Origin: Octopus bimaculoides | Lineage: Eukaryota | DNA: 64,000 bases | Direction: 5' to 3' | Assembly (NCBI RefSeq): GCF_001194135.2 | Contig: NC_068982.1 | Location: forward strand, 60,065,555-60,129,554 | Shown here: positions 11,475 to 23,515 of the stretch, in pieces | Numbering within the stretch: the first letter of the stretch is position 1 | Layout of the letters: each line of letters opens with the position of its first letter | Translations under genes and position numbers: made by a program | The notes under the pieces: generated by a model | Databases searched by the model: none | What the model was told of the DNA's origin: nothing | Seen by the model: the letters and a program-made list of their open reading frames with translations, nothing else

Positions 11475-11660
11475 TTTTTACTTTTTGCTTGTTTCAGCCC
11501 ATGATCTGCAGCCAGCCATGCTAAGGCACCACTTGGAAGGATTTTAGTTGAATAGTTTAACCCCAGTACTTATTTTTTGTCTGGTACTTATGCCATAAGT
11601 CTCTTTTGCCAAACTAAGTTATTGGAATATAAACAAACAAGCACCAGTTGTCAAACAGTG
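11475..11660 (-). mobile_element. SINE family A body, diverged
   Basis: Reverse complement of body A and tail. Confidence 0.6.
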
Positions 11661-11674
11661 AAGGAGTCAAACCC

Positions 11675-12063
11675 GACTGTATGGTAAGAAGCTTGCTTCA
11701 CAGCCATATGGTTCCAGGTTCAGTCTTACTGCATGGCACTTTGGGCAAGTGTCTTCTACTATAGCCTTGGAGCCAACCAAAGCCTTGTGAGTGAGTGGAT
11801 TTGGTAGGCGGAAACTGAAAGAAGCCCGTCATATAAATATATATATATATATGCTTGTGTGTTTGTGTTTGTCCCCCCACCATCACTTGACAACCAACGG
11901 TGGTGTGCTTGCGTCTCTGTAACTTAGCCATTCAATAAAGGCGACCGATAAATACTAAGCTTACAAAGAATAAGTCCTGGGATCAATTCAACTAAAGGTA
12001 GTGTTCAACTAAAGGCACTGCTCCAGCATGGCCACAGTCAAATGACAAACAAATAAAAAGAAT
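11675..12063 (+). mobile_element. SINE family A
   Basis: Head, microsatellite and body A. Confidence 0.85.
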
Positions 12064-12311
12064 ATATATGTAATTAGAAGAAAAAAAGGGATTTAAAAAT
12101 CCAGGTATATATCAATTAAGCACTAAGTTTTAAAGAATTTGATTAACATTATCCAACAATCAGACACCAGTAAATGTGAGTAGAATATACATCCAAGGTA
12201 AATCCTCATGCAAGACAGGTAAATCCAAATAGCCTTTGGTAGAATTTCAAGAAATTCAGAGTATTTGACAACAGAAAATACATTTAGAGACAATTTATAT
12301 ATATATATATA

Positions 12312-12692
12312 CGTTGTTGGCACTCCGTCGCTTACAACGTCGAGGGTTTCAGTTGATCCGATCAACGGAACAGCCTGCTCGTGAAATTAATGTGCAAGTG
12401 GCTGAGCACTCCACAGACACGTGTACCCTTAATATAGTTCTCGGGGAAATTCAGCATGACACAGTGTGACAAGGCTGACCTTTTGAATTACAGGCACAAC
12501 AGAAACAGGAAATAAGAGTGAGAGAAAGTTGTGGTGAAAGAGTACAGCAGGGTTTGCCACCATCCCCTGCTGGAGCCTCATGGAGCTTTAGTTGTTTTCA
12601 CTCAATAAACACTCACAATGCCCGGTCTGGGTATCGAAACCATGATCCTATGACCACGAGTCCGCTGCCCTAACCACTGGGCCATTGCGCCT

Positions 12693-12695
<3 letters not shown>
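12312..12695 (-). mobile_element. SINE family D (tRNA-like head, shared 3' module)
   Basis: Minus-strand head GTGGAGGCGCAATGGCCCAGTGGTTAGGGCAG...GGTTTCGATACCC; ~190-bp 3' module shared with 27323-27646. Confidence 0.8.
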
Positions 12696-12727
<32 letters not shown>

Positions 12728-12729
12728 TA

Positions 12730-12895
12730 TATGATGGGCTTCCACACAGTTCCCATATATCAAATTCACTCACAAGATATTAGATGGCTTGGGATATAGT
12801 AGAAAACATTTGCCGAAGGTATGCAGTGATACTGAACTCAAATCCATGTGGTTGCAAAGCATGCTTCTTAACCACACAGCCATACCTGCATCAAT
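12730..12895 (-). mobile_element. SINE family A head, diverged
   Basis: Reverse complement of the head. Confidence 0.65.
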
Positions 12896-13252
12896 AACCA
12901 TGTGTGTGCTTATAGCTACGCATATATACGTGTGGGCCAATGTCAGCTTTGCCTTACATTCTATGGGGGGCCATTGGCGTGGACTAACTATACTTTAGAC
13001 ACAAGGGTAGCAATCTGGTGAGAGTGGTAAGTCAAAAACATTGACCTCAGTACTTAACTAGTACTTCAGTTGATCAACCTAGAAAGGATGAAAAGAATGC
13101 AAGCAAACCAACAAAAAGACATACACACACAGCAGGCTTCTTTTAGTTTCCACCTACCAAATCCATCCACAAGGCTTTGGCTGGCCCAGGCGTATAGTAG
13201 AAGACACTTATAAAAAGTTTATTTTTTGATTGATGCTACATCTAAAAAACAA

Positions 13253-13731
<479 letters not shown>

Positions 13732-16234
13732 TTACATCATTAGATTTGAGTTGAGAAACTGGTATAGAGTAAATAACCAGAAATATCTAGAGATACTGCT
13801 TAGAACACCTAAAAAAATTATATTTATCCACACATCTCTATCGAAATACAAGTACATTGAGCCTGTTCCAATTAATTTTCTGAGTAATAAAGAATTAAGT
13901 ATGATAACTTTGTTAGTATTAAGCCAGTGTTTAGAATATAAATTAACTGGAAATTTTGATGCAAGGCTTTAACTTAGATCACATTAAAACAGGAAGTTTG
14001 TATCATAGAACAAATAGCAATATCAGGCAGGTTGGTATTAACAAGGTTAAATTTAAGTAGTATTTAAATCATGAATTTTGACAGTGCTAGAAATAGAGCT
14101 TAAAGGCTTCAGTGAAATGTGTGTATGAGAAAGAGAGAGTGTTTGTGTGTGTGTTTAAGAGGGAGCGGGAGAGAGAGAGACAGACAGAGAAATGGAAAGA
14201 AAGCGAAGCAGATAGACAGACAGACAGAGTTGTCTCTCAAGACTAAACTGAAAGCATTACATAGATTCTCTGTATGTCAACTCAGTAACTCCTATTAGGA
14301 AATATTCTTTCATTGGTTGGATGCTGACATTTTTGACATTCATATTTAAGAGAGCAATTAGAATCCACTCCGTAGCTCAGATTATAAACATGACAAAAGA
14401 AAACGAAATAAGAAATTAAAAATTGATAAAGGATGAAATAAAACTATATTTTTTCCTAAATTTCTTATTTTCCCTCTTTCTGTCATACATGTTTTATTTA
14501 TTTTTTGTATATCTTATGAAAATGCTGCAGCTTTTTCATGTTATGGGGAAGATATTATATTTTATATTCTTATGGAGATGAAACCAAGGGGGCGTGAAAT
14601 ACTTAAATAATAAAAATACAGAAATGTAAATAGAAATACACACATATAAATATGAATATCCATATATGTATGTGCATACATACATGAATGTATATTTTAT
14701 TTGTGTACATGAACATATTTTTTTTTTTTAATCCTATTTATCTCTTGATTTATGAATCAATAAAATGACAAACCAACTGTGAAAAACATAAATAAAAGAG
14801 GGAAAAACAATTCAAAAAGAATGAGTTTATGTCTATCTGTTTAGTATATGGGAAGAATATGTAAGTATCAGTATCTGCCTATACAAATGTATATAAGTGT
14901 GTGCATGAGTAAAAGACGGAACTAAATCGACTTTTCATTGAACAACAGCTGAAGAAGTCTTGATAGCTCAATCTCTGCTGCTCCTTCCATTAGAAAAACT
15001 TCATTTATGCTGTTTTAGGCAACACAATCACAGAGAAACTATCTGCCTGCACACATCCGTTGACAAAGGGAACAAAATCAAGGGAATATCTTTCTTGTAG
15101 CATTCACATTTATTTCTCTTTCATTTTGTTGTTTTCTTTATTTAATTTTGTTGCAGATAAAATAAAAATTACTTTCTCCATTTTGTTTTCCTTCAAAAAG
15201 ATTTTTTTTTTCTTTTCTTATAGATGCATGTTATTTTATTTCCCAGTAAATTTCCATTTTTATCATTTTTGTTGTTTGTTTAGTATATTGAAAACTTTCA
15301 TAGATTTAAGAACATAAAGACATTGTATATGACACTAAGACATTAAAGATTTGTGTGTATCATCGACAAGAAGTCAGATAAAATTATGTATCAAGGATAT
15401 AAAACATTGTAAGATAACATGACCGAGAACAAACAGTTCTATTGTAATTCTTTCTTTTGGGTTTTCTTTATATATGTATATATTTATATTTTTTTAAGAA
15501 AAAGAAATATTTCTACACATGAGTAGAAGTTTAATATTTGATTCTTTAGTTGGATTCTTGATTTATCTTTTGTATAATTTGAATGTTTTAATATGTATGT
15601 CTCTTTTAAAATCTTCCATCCCTTAAGATGTACATGAAAAAATAAATCAATAAGCAAATGAAGAAATAAAATTAGCTGTTATAGATTTGAATAAAACCCA
15701 TAATATTTGACAGGAATTATCTTCAGAGATTTATTCTCAAAACTGAAGCTTTATATCTGTGGACATGCTAGATAATCCAGTTTCCTTTTATCTGTTCAAA
15801 GCCTGTATTTGAAACTGTCTCGCTACATTAATTTAGAATTTCAATTTGAAGAATGTAGTTGAGATGATTTTTACTGGATTTTGTAAGGCAACACTTATAA
15901 AAATATAAGCATAGCCAACTGGTTGAAATACTATTGTTGTTATTATTGTTCAGCTTCGGGTCAACACTGACAAAGCAAGTCCAAGATCAAAACATGATCA
16001 GCCATGACTATCTTTTCTTTTTCCTATTTGTAGGAAGATCAGGAGCTCATTACACAATATGTGTTTTTTTTTAAGACAGTAGAGTGTCATTTGAGAAAGA
16101 TTTAGATGTTGTTTCTATGTAATTTGAATGATTACATAGAGGCTCACTCATTGGCACATGGTTGGACAGAGGTGGTTAGTTATTCATTTATTTACTATTC
16201 TTTATTAATTGCAGGAGTGGCTGAAATAAAAATG

Positions 16235-16570
16235 CATCATTATCATCGTTTCAACATCTACTTTTTCATGCTTACATGAGGCTAACAGAATTTATTGAGA
16301 CAGATTTGTTATGGCCGAATGCATTCTCTGTCACCAACCCCAACCTGTTTCCAAGCAATATAATATTTCTCCATGACCAGACATATTTCTGCAGGATATT
16401 GTATAAAAACTATAAATTACTTTCAGTTTCCATCTACCAAATCTTTTCACAAGACTTCGATCAGCCCAGGGCAAGAGTAGAAGACTCTAGTCCAAGATAT
16501 CACACAGTGGGACTGAACCCCAAAACCACATGGCTGGGAAGCAAACTTCCCAACCATACAGCTACCCCTG
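16235..16570 (-). mobile_element. SINE with family A head joined to body C (RTE tail)
   Basis: Minus strand: head A, then CATGGAGAAATATTATATTGCTTGGAAACAGG...GTTGAAACGATGATAATGATG. Confidence 0.7.
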
Positions 16571-17210
16571 CAAACGAATTACTCAAGCCTAACCATAGGA
16601 AACAATATCTAAAAGAGAAGTTCCTAATTACATATACCAATGCTCTTGACACTCTGCATTTAGTTCTTACAATCGCCAATTAACCTCTTATTTTTGGTAT
16701 ATTTATCTTAGCTGTTGAGATAAAAGCCATCAAATCAACAAAATTTTGGGCTTTGAACTCTCAGGTTGTGAATTCATCCCACTGAATGTGTTCTATCTGG
16801 TTAGTTTACCAACCTTATTTCTGCTTTACCTCAGTCCACCTATTGTCGTGTAGTAATAGGCACCAAATCATCTAGGAATATTGCTTTTGATAGAATTTTT
16901 TCATCTACTTAAATTGTGAAAACCTGAACTGAACACTGACTCTCAGAACTGACTTGAGAATTAGGAATATCTTACTTTACTGTTACTATGAAATAAAATC
17001 AAGTGGCATAATGGCATTTAAAAAATATTCTATATAGCATTGGAGCAGACATGGCTGTGTGGTTAAAAAGCTCACTTTGCAATCATGTGATCTCAGGTAC
17101 ACTCCCACTGTGTAGCACCTTGAGCAAGTATCTTCAATTAGAGCCTTGTGAGTAAATTTGGTAGACAAAACTTACTCATAAAAGATGTGAAATAAAGATA
17201 CATGCAGAAT

Positions 17211-17423
17211 TACTCTTTTACTTGTTTCAGTCATTTGACTGCGGCCATGCTGGAGCACCGCCTTTAGTTGAGAAAATCAACCCCAGGACTTATTCTTTGT
17301 AAGCTTAGTACTTGTTCTATTGGTCTCTTTTGCTGAACCGCTAAGTTACGGAGACGTAAACACATCAGCATTGGTTGTCAAGCGATGGTGGGGGGGACAA
17401 ACACAGACACACAAACACACATA

Positions 17424-17476
<53 letters not shown>

Positions 17477-17634
17477 GATGGGCTTCTTTCAGTTTCCGTC
17501 TACCAAATCCACTCACAAGGCTTTGGTCAGCCCAAGGCTATTGTAGAAGACACTTGCCCAAGGTGCCACGCAGTGGAACTGAACCTGGAACCATGTGGTT
17601 GGTAAGCAAGCTACTTACCACACAGCCACTCCTA
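17211..17634 (-). mobile_element. SINE family A, full length
   Basis: Near-consensus reverse copy. Confidence 0.9.
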
Positions 17635-17872
17635 CTTGAAACAATTTCCATTTTTATTTCATTAAAAATCTTAATCTTCACACTTTCATGGAGAAAACAA
17701 TACAGAACTATTATTCCTGATACTTTGACAGTCATATCATATTGATCTTTCTTTGTTGATCTACCTAAGCTGCAGGACATAAACAGAGACTGTCTTTTCA
17801 GGAAGTCTCAACTTAATGACAAACACATACAAACCTACACATATATGCACATACAGAAAAACACACAAACAC

Positions 17873-18055
17873 CAGGTGTGGTTGTGTAGTAAGAAGCTTG
17901 CTTCCCAAACACATGGTTCCAGGTTCAGTTTCACTGTGTAATACCTTGGGCAAGTGTCTTCTACTATAGCCTTGGGTTGACCAAAGCCTTGTGAGTGGAT
18001 TTTGAAGATGGAAACTGGAAGAAGCCCAGTGTGTGTGTGTGTGTGTGTGTATGTG

Positions 18056-18147
<92 letters not shown>

Positions 18148-18357
18148 TTTATGCCAGTGTTTTCCCAACACCACCACCATTTGACAACCAATGTTGGTGT
18201 GTTTACATACCCATCACTGAGCAGGTCAGCAAAAGAGTCTGATAGAATAGGTACTAGGCTTAAGAAAAAAAGTCTTTGGGTCAATTTGTTCAACTAAAAA
18301 CCTCTTCAAGGCAGTGCTCCACCATGGCCGCAGTCAAATGACTGAAACAAATAAAAG
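17873..18357 (+). mobile_element. SINE family A, full length, long (TG)n
   Basis: Head, ~120-nt TG tract, body A. Confidence 0.85.
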
Positions 18358-18793
18358 TTGTATACACACACGTGCGCATGCACACATGATGTGTTTTAGT
18401 TTCCATCTGTCAGTTTTCATTTAAAAGACATTGGTCAGCCCAAGGCTAGAAGAATAGGCACTTATTCGAGATGCCAACTGATAAAACTGAACCTAAAAAC
18501 CATGCGATTGTGACACAAACTTCCTAGCCATACACCTAGCTTTAAACATAAATCACCTCATCTCACAAGTGTCCATAAATGCATATATTTCCCTTTTGTA
18601 TATACACTGTTACCTATTTCAGTCATTGGACTGCAGCCATGGTGGGCACCATCTGGAAAAGTTAATCATATCTATAATTTCCTGTAATCCTTCCAAATTA
18701 TTCTCTTTTTGCAGGGATCACCCAATTTGTTTAACATTTTTGATACCTTCATTACATTTTAAATGTTATTCTTTAGTAAATATTAACAAGGTT

Positions 18794-18865
18794 TCTTTGG
18801 TAGTATAGTGGTAAGTATTCCCGCCTGTCACGCGGGAGACCGGGGTTCAATTCCCCGCCGGGGAG
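18794..18865 (+). tRNA. tRNA-Asp(GTC), possibly an early pseudogene
   Basis: 72 nt that match the eukaryotic tRNA-Asp sequence I recall (TAGTATAGTGGTAAGTATTCCCGCCTGTCACGCGGGAGACCGGGGTTCAATTCCCCG). Anticodon loop CTGTCAC. Acceptor stem TCTTTGG/CCGGGGA has three G-U pairs. Confidence 0.9.
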
Positions 18866-18876
18866 GCATATTATTT

Positions 18877-19042
18877 ATAGGCGTAGGATTGGCTGTGTGG
18901 TAAGTAGCTTGCTTACCAACCACATGGTTCTGGGTTTAGTCCCACTGCGTGGCACCTTGGGCAAGTGTCTTCTACTATAGCTTCAGGCCGACCAAAGCCT
19001 TGTGAGTGGATTTGGTAGACAGAAACTGAAAGAAGCCCATCG

Positions 19043-19093
<51 letters not shown>

Positions 19094-19303
19094 ATATGTT
19101 TGTGTGTCTGTGTTTGTCCCCCAACATCACTTGACAACTGATGCTGGTGTGTTTATATCCCCGTAACTTAGCAGTTCAGCAAAAGAAACCGATAGAATAA
19201 GTACTAGGCTTACAAAGAATAAGTCCTAGGGTTGATTTGCACGACTAAAGGCGGTGCTCCAGCATGGCTGCAGTTAAATAACTGAAACAAGTAAAAGAGT
19301 AAA
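18877..19303 (+). mobile_element. SINE family A, full length, 11 bp downstream of the tRNA
   Basis: Near-consensus copy. Confidence 0.9.
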
Positions 19304-19499
19304 GGTATGAGTTTTCCTTGATGCATTATATTTTTAAAACAGTGCATGCAGTTATATTGTGGGTGGTTTATTCACAGCATATTTGTAGATAAGTTGTATT
19401 ACTGATGAAGAGTAAAATATGCAATTATAATTCTTTAAAGTTACTGCACTAGTTTCTATATACATCCAAGAAATAGTAGTAAAAGACATGCTGAAGGAT

Positions 19500-20800
19500 T
19501 CACCATTTATAAAACCATAATAAGAATTACTTCAGATATAGATGACATCTGACTAAATTGCAAGTGAGTATAAAGTTCATGGCAGGAGACATAGGGAGCA
19601 TATAAAGTGCTGATCATAGAGGTTTTGGCTTTGATGCAAAGAACAAAGTAGTCTGTGACACAAATGAATTTATCGTTGGTAACACAAACTTTAGAAAAGC
19701 TAACCCACTGGCTCAGTTTTGTTCTGACCAGATGAGCGATAGATAAATTATTATGGAAATGGTTTTTATCAATGGAGAAGAATTTCTCCTGACAGATTTG
19801 TGTTTGTACAGTTTAAACTGAAAAGATTAAAAACCAGGTGAAAGATCAGAATTATAAAATGGGAGATTTGGAGATTAGAAGATTTATTGATGCAGTTTTA
19901 TGTGACACAATAAATGCTTATATCAATAGAAAATAGGAGCTATTGAATTCAAATAGCAGCTAAAAGACAGCTGGATCTCCTTAAAAGATGGCCTAATTCA
20001 AATTACCATCTAGTTCTGTAAAAAAAAGTGGGCAATTCAATAATGGAATAGTGCCACCATATGTAAGATTCTGAGAGATATGTAATAGGTTTTGAAAAAG
20101 TAGAAAATAGAGTGTAACACAAAACTATATCATAAAGCTTAGGAGTAAGCTAAATATCAGTTTCTCTTAGTTCAGAAGGAAGAAAAAGGAGGTATCAGTG
20201 AGCTGCCAGAATGAATTATAATACCCATATGGACAGATATTTCCCCAAAATAAATGTTGAAATTAAGTTCAGTGTTAATGATGCATAGGAATGTCACTGA
20301 GTTTACTGAGCAAGAAGTATGAATGAGATCAAGAACACCTATTCCTAGTGATGCCAACAGAGAGTCTAACTATGGATGCCAGATGAGAGATAATCTGAAA
20401 AACAATAAATAACATAAAATATGATAAGAACAAGAACAAAAAGAAAATTTGCAGAATTGCTAAAATCACTATGAGTTAGTGTTACATGACATAGCAATTG
20501 ATGTGGAGAAGGAAGGTATTGTTCTTGGTGATTGATGCAATAACATCATTAGCAATTGCTTCAGAAAAATACGAAGAGGATATAAATTGCACTGGGTTCA
20601 AATTAAATAAATTAAATTGAAAATATGAAAATAGTAGAAAAAAAAAATGATAGCCAAGAAAGAGTAAAAGAGAAATGAATTGGCTAAGATGTATTTTGGA
20701 TTTGTGCTATGTAACAGAAGACATGACAAGCATTTAGTATAAACAAACAGTTATTTTATATTTGTTGACTAAAACCCAAAGACACTGGGTTTCTCTTTGC
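19500..20800 (+). mobile_element. Highly degraded RTE-like LINE (AP endonuclease region)
   Basis: ~19610-19720 translates as DHRGFGFDAKNKVVCDTNEFIVGNTNFRK, resembling the HGxxGxG...NTxF(R/K)K motif of RTE endonucleases. Many stops; right boundary uncertain. Confidence 0.45.
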
Positions 20801-21565
20801 TTTTTAGTTCTTTAGAGTGTTCTTTGGGTTCTTACACCCTGACGTTTGGGAGTAAAGGAACAACTTATGGAAGTAATTTTCTTACTTGTAGATCAGTGTA
20901 TAAATTAATTTAACAACTGCAAGAAGAAGCTTTAAGCATACAAAGTGGGCTTCAGTCAAACTATATGCACACTAACAGTTTGAAGACTAGCTTTTATAAG
21001 AAGTGGTATTTATTTTCAGAACAGGAAGGGAATAGATAGGGTCTTCATATATAGATAGTAAAATAATGACTATACAAAAAGGATTGTTGGCAAATTAACA
21101 AGGAACTAAAACTATGAGTACACCAGCAGTATGTGTAAAATATGTCCTGATGTATGTCTCTGTAACGTTGAGGATGAATACCACAAATAAATACCTGTCA
21201 TAGCTGAGTATGGTCCATTGGTGTGTGTGTGTGATATAAGTTTACAAAAGTAAATCAAAAGAGAGCTCTGAAAGTATCAAGGGCATTGGCTTATCTGTGT
21301 AGAATAAATACACTTGAAATCGTATAAATAAGGAAGGGACACACAGGGAAAAGGAGTGAATTTGTGGTGGTGAGGATCTATGAAAGAAATAGTTCAAAGA
21401 ATTTTTGAAATGAAATAATTTGAGTAGTTTTCTAAATGTTGAGTCTTCTACATGAGAGTATACATGAGACTGGAGCATGGAAGAACACATGCTGTGTTGT
21501 TACATAATGATATCAAGAAAAACTCAGTGATAATTATTAACCTTATTGGTACTAACTTAATAATT

Positions 21566-21745
21566 TGTACATTATTTACATTATTTACATTTGACAGATA
21601 TTTGTCCTCATTTTGTTTGTTGTTAACACAACGTTTCGGTTGATATATCCTCTAGCCTTCATCTTGGGGAAATTTCGAACCTGATGTAGTGGTTAAGAGC
21701 GTGGGCTACTAACCCCAAGATTTCGAGTTTGATTCCAGGCAGTGA

Positions 21746-21796
<51 letters not shown>

Positions 21797-21970
21797 CATC
21801 GAAAAATACCTTAGGAATGAAAACCCAGGTTGGAAATTTCCCAAGACACCTGATGAAGGCTGGAGGGTATATCAGTTGAAACGTTGTGTTAACAACAAAT
21901 AAGATGAGGACAAATATCTGTCAAATGTAAATAATGTACATAATTCTTCATCTCTTAAATATAGAACTGC
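21566..21970 (+). mobile_element. tRNA-headed, hammerhead-bearing SINE-like element with a Penelope-style inverted 5' duplication
   Basis: Inverted arms 21566-21683 / 21826-21940. A box 21686-97, B box 21725-36, (AAT)n 21750-92, hammerhead 21845-90. AACTTAATAATT flanks both ends. Confidence 0.75.
21845..21890 (+). ncRNA. Minimal type I hammerhead ribozyme (ACGU palindromic helix III)
   Basis: Stem I GACAC/GUGUU; core CUGAUGA; extra A; stem II GGCUG/CAGUU (CC retained in the inverted copy); GAAA-CG-UU; predicted cut after U21885. Confidence 0.75.
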
Positions 21971-21997
21971 AACTTAATAATTATTAATAATTATTAA

Positions 21998-22205
21998 CCT
22001 TTTGGTACCTGAGACCTCCCCTGGTTCTATTATACAAATTTCCTGTTTAAAATGATCTTTATAAAAACCTTCCATCAAAATTTCATGTTAATCTATGTTC
22101 TAAACATCAGCTTAATCAAGTTTTATTTACTAAACTCTTCATTATTTTCAAAATTTAACTGAAATAAAGGCAGAGTGTTCTAAAGGAAATATGATATCAA
22201 AAGAG
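21998..22205. mobile_element. piggyBac-type MITE
   Basis: TTAA on both sides; imperfect TIR CCTTTTGGTAC / ATATCAAAAGAG. Confidence 0.6.
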
Positions 22206-23394
22206 TTAATCTGTAATACAAGAAAAAACAATCAGTCATGATATCATGAAATAAATATAACAATTAGATGATCCAGTGAGGAAGCATCAATATGATCATT
22301 CAGCCTGCTTGAAAAAACAGCTAAATATTTGATAAATTACTCCCTACTTTCTTAAAATAACTGGATATGCGTTTGGTAAAAAACAAGATAATCATGATTA
22401 GAATACCTTTTTAAACAAAAATTTGTTCAGCCAGGACTATCTAGAAAATAAACAATAACAGCAAACTAGTCCAACTTTCTTTGGTTTAATGGAATTTAAT
22501 CTTAAAGATTTAAATTTTTTATTTAATATATATTTTGAAGCACAATTGCAGATATGATAAAATAGAAAAGTTTAGAACAAAAACTGAAAAGGTAAACAAA
22601 AATTCATTTGTGCTGCAGGTACATAAAGAAAAGGCAAAGTTGGTAACCATCACCAAGAATAGGGTCAAACAATAAGTAAGGATTATTCTCATTCCAAGAG
22701 CTTTGCAATTCTATGTCTCAGATAATAGACTAACATTCCAGCCCTGAAAATATATGATTCAGTATACAGCCTATTCTGAAACAATCTGATCTGAATAGCT
22801 GTTAGTCAAGCTACATATTAATTATGTAGGGAGGATCCAACTCTTGGATAAACATTTTGATGTAGAACATTTTGGAATGTCCTGCTTTACATCAGTTCTG
22901 TCTAAACAATCTAAAGTAGTCAAAGGTAGATGACTGTTGTACCATAAATATAGAAACAGTAGAATTTTTAAAGAAATCTTCTAATGATCTACCTAAATGT
23001 AATATTCTAATCATGCTCATTTTTACTCCTTAGTTGGCAAATTATCCAAGATTTTAGAATATCAGATAGTTTGCCTTCTGGTATTCATTTCAACTCTTTG
23101 TACTCTGATTTCTAACGCTGCCAATTTTACCTTTCATTTAGTTTTGTACTAAAGCCAGTTCTGATCTTTTTTTCTGTCTGTCCATCTCTCTTTCAGGAAG
23201 AAATTGGCTATGGTCAGCCATAGAGGAGGATAGGCTCCACTAGATTCAAAACTGCACATGATGCACCACCATTTGTCATAATAGTACCCCTATGCATTAG
23301 GAACCAAGACAAGGCATCTATTTTCTTATAGTAAATGTTTCAAATTTTCATTTTGATATAGGAAATAAGGTTGTCAATCAGTACTGTCATTAGA

Positions 23395-23515
23395 ACGTTA
23401 GATAGGGTGGCCTGTGGTACTTGTTACAGTTCCCTGTTCTATGTGTTCAAATCCTGTCAAGATCAACTTTGCCTGCCATCCTTTTGCAGTCGATAAATAA
23501 AGTACCCATTCAGGA
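23395..23515 (+). mobile_element. SINE family B fragment
   Basis: GTTCTATGTGTTCAAATCC...CAACTTTGCC...GTCGATAAATAAAGTACC. Confidence 0.55.

Noticed and set aside
23198-23260. Strong polypyrimidine acceptor followed by EEIGYGQP-stop
   Set aside because: All frames stop quickly and no upstream exon supports it.
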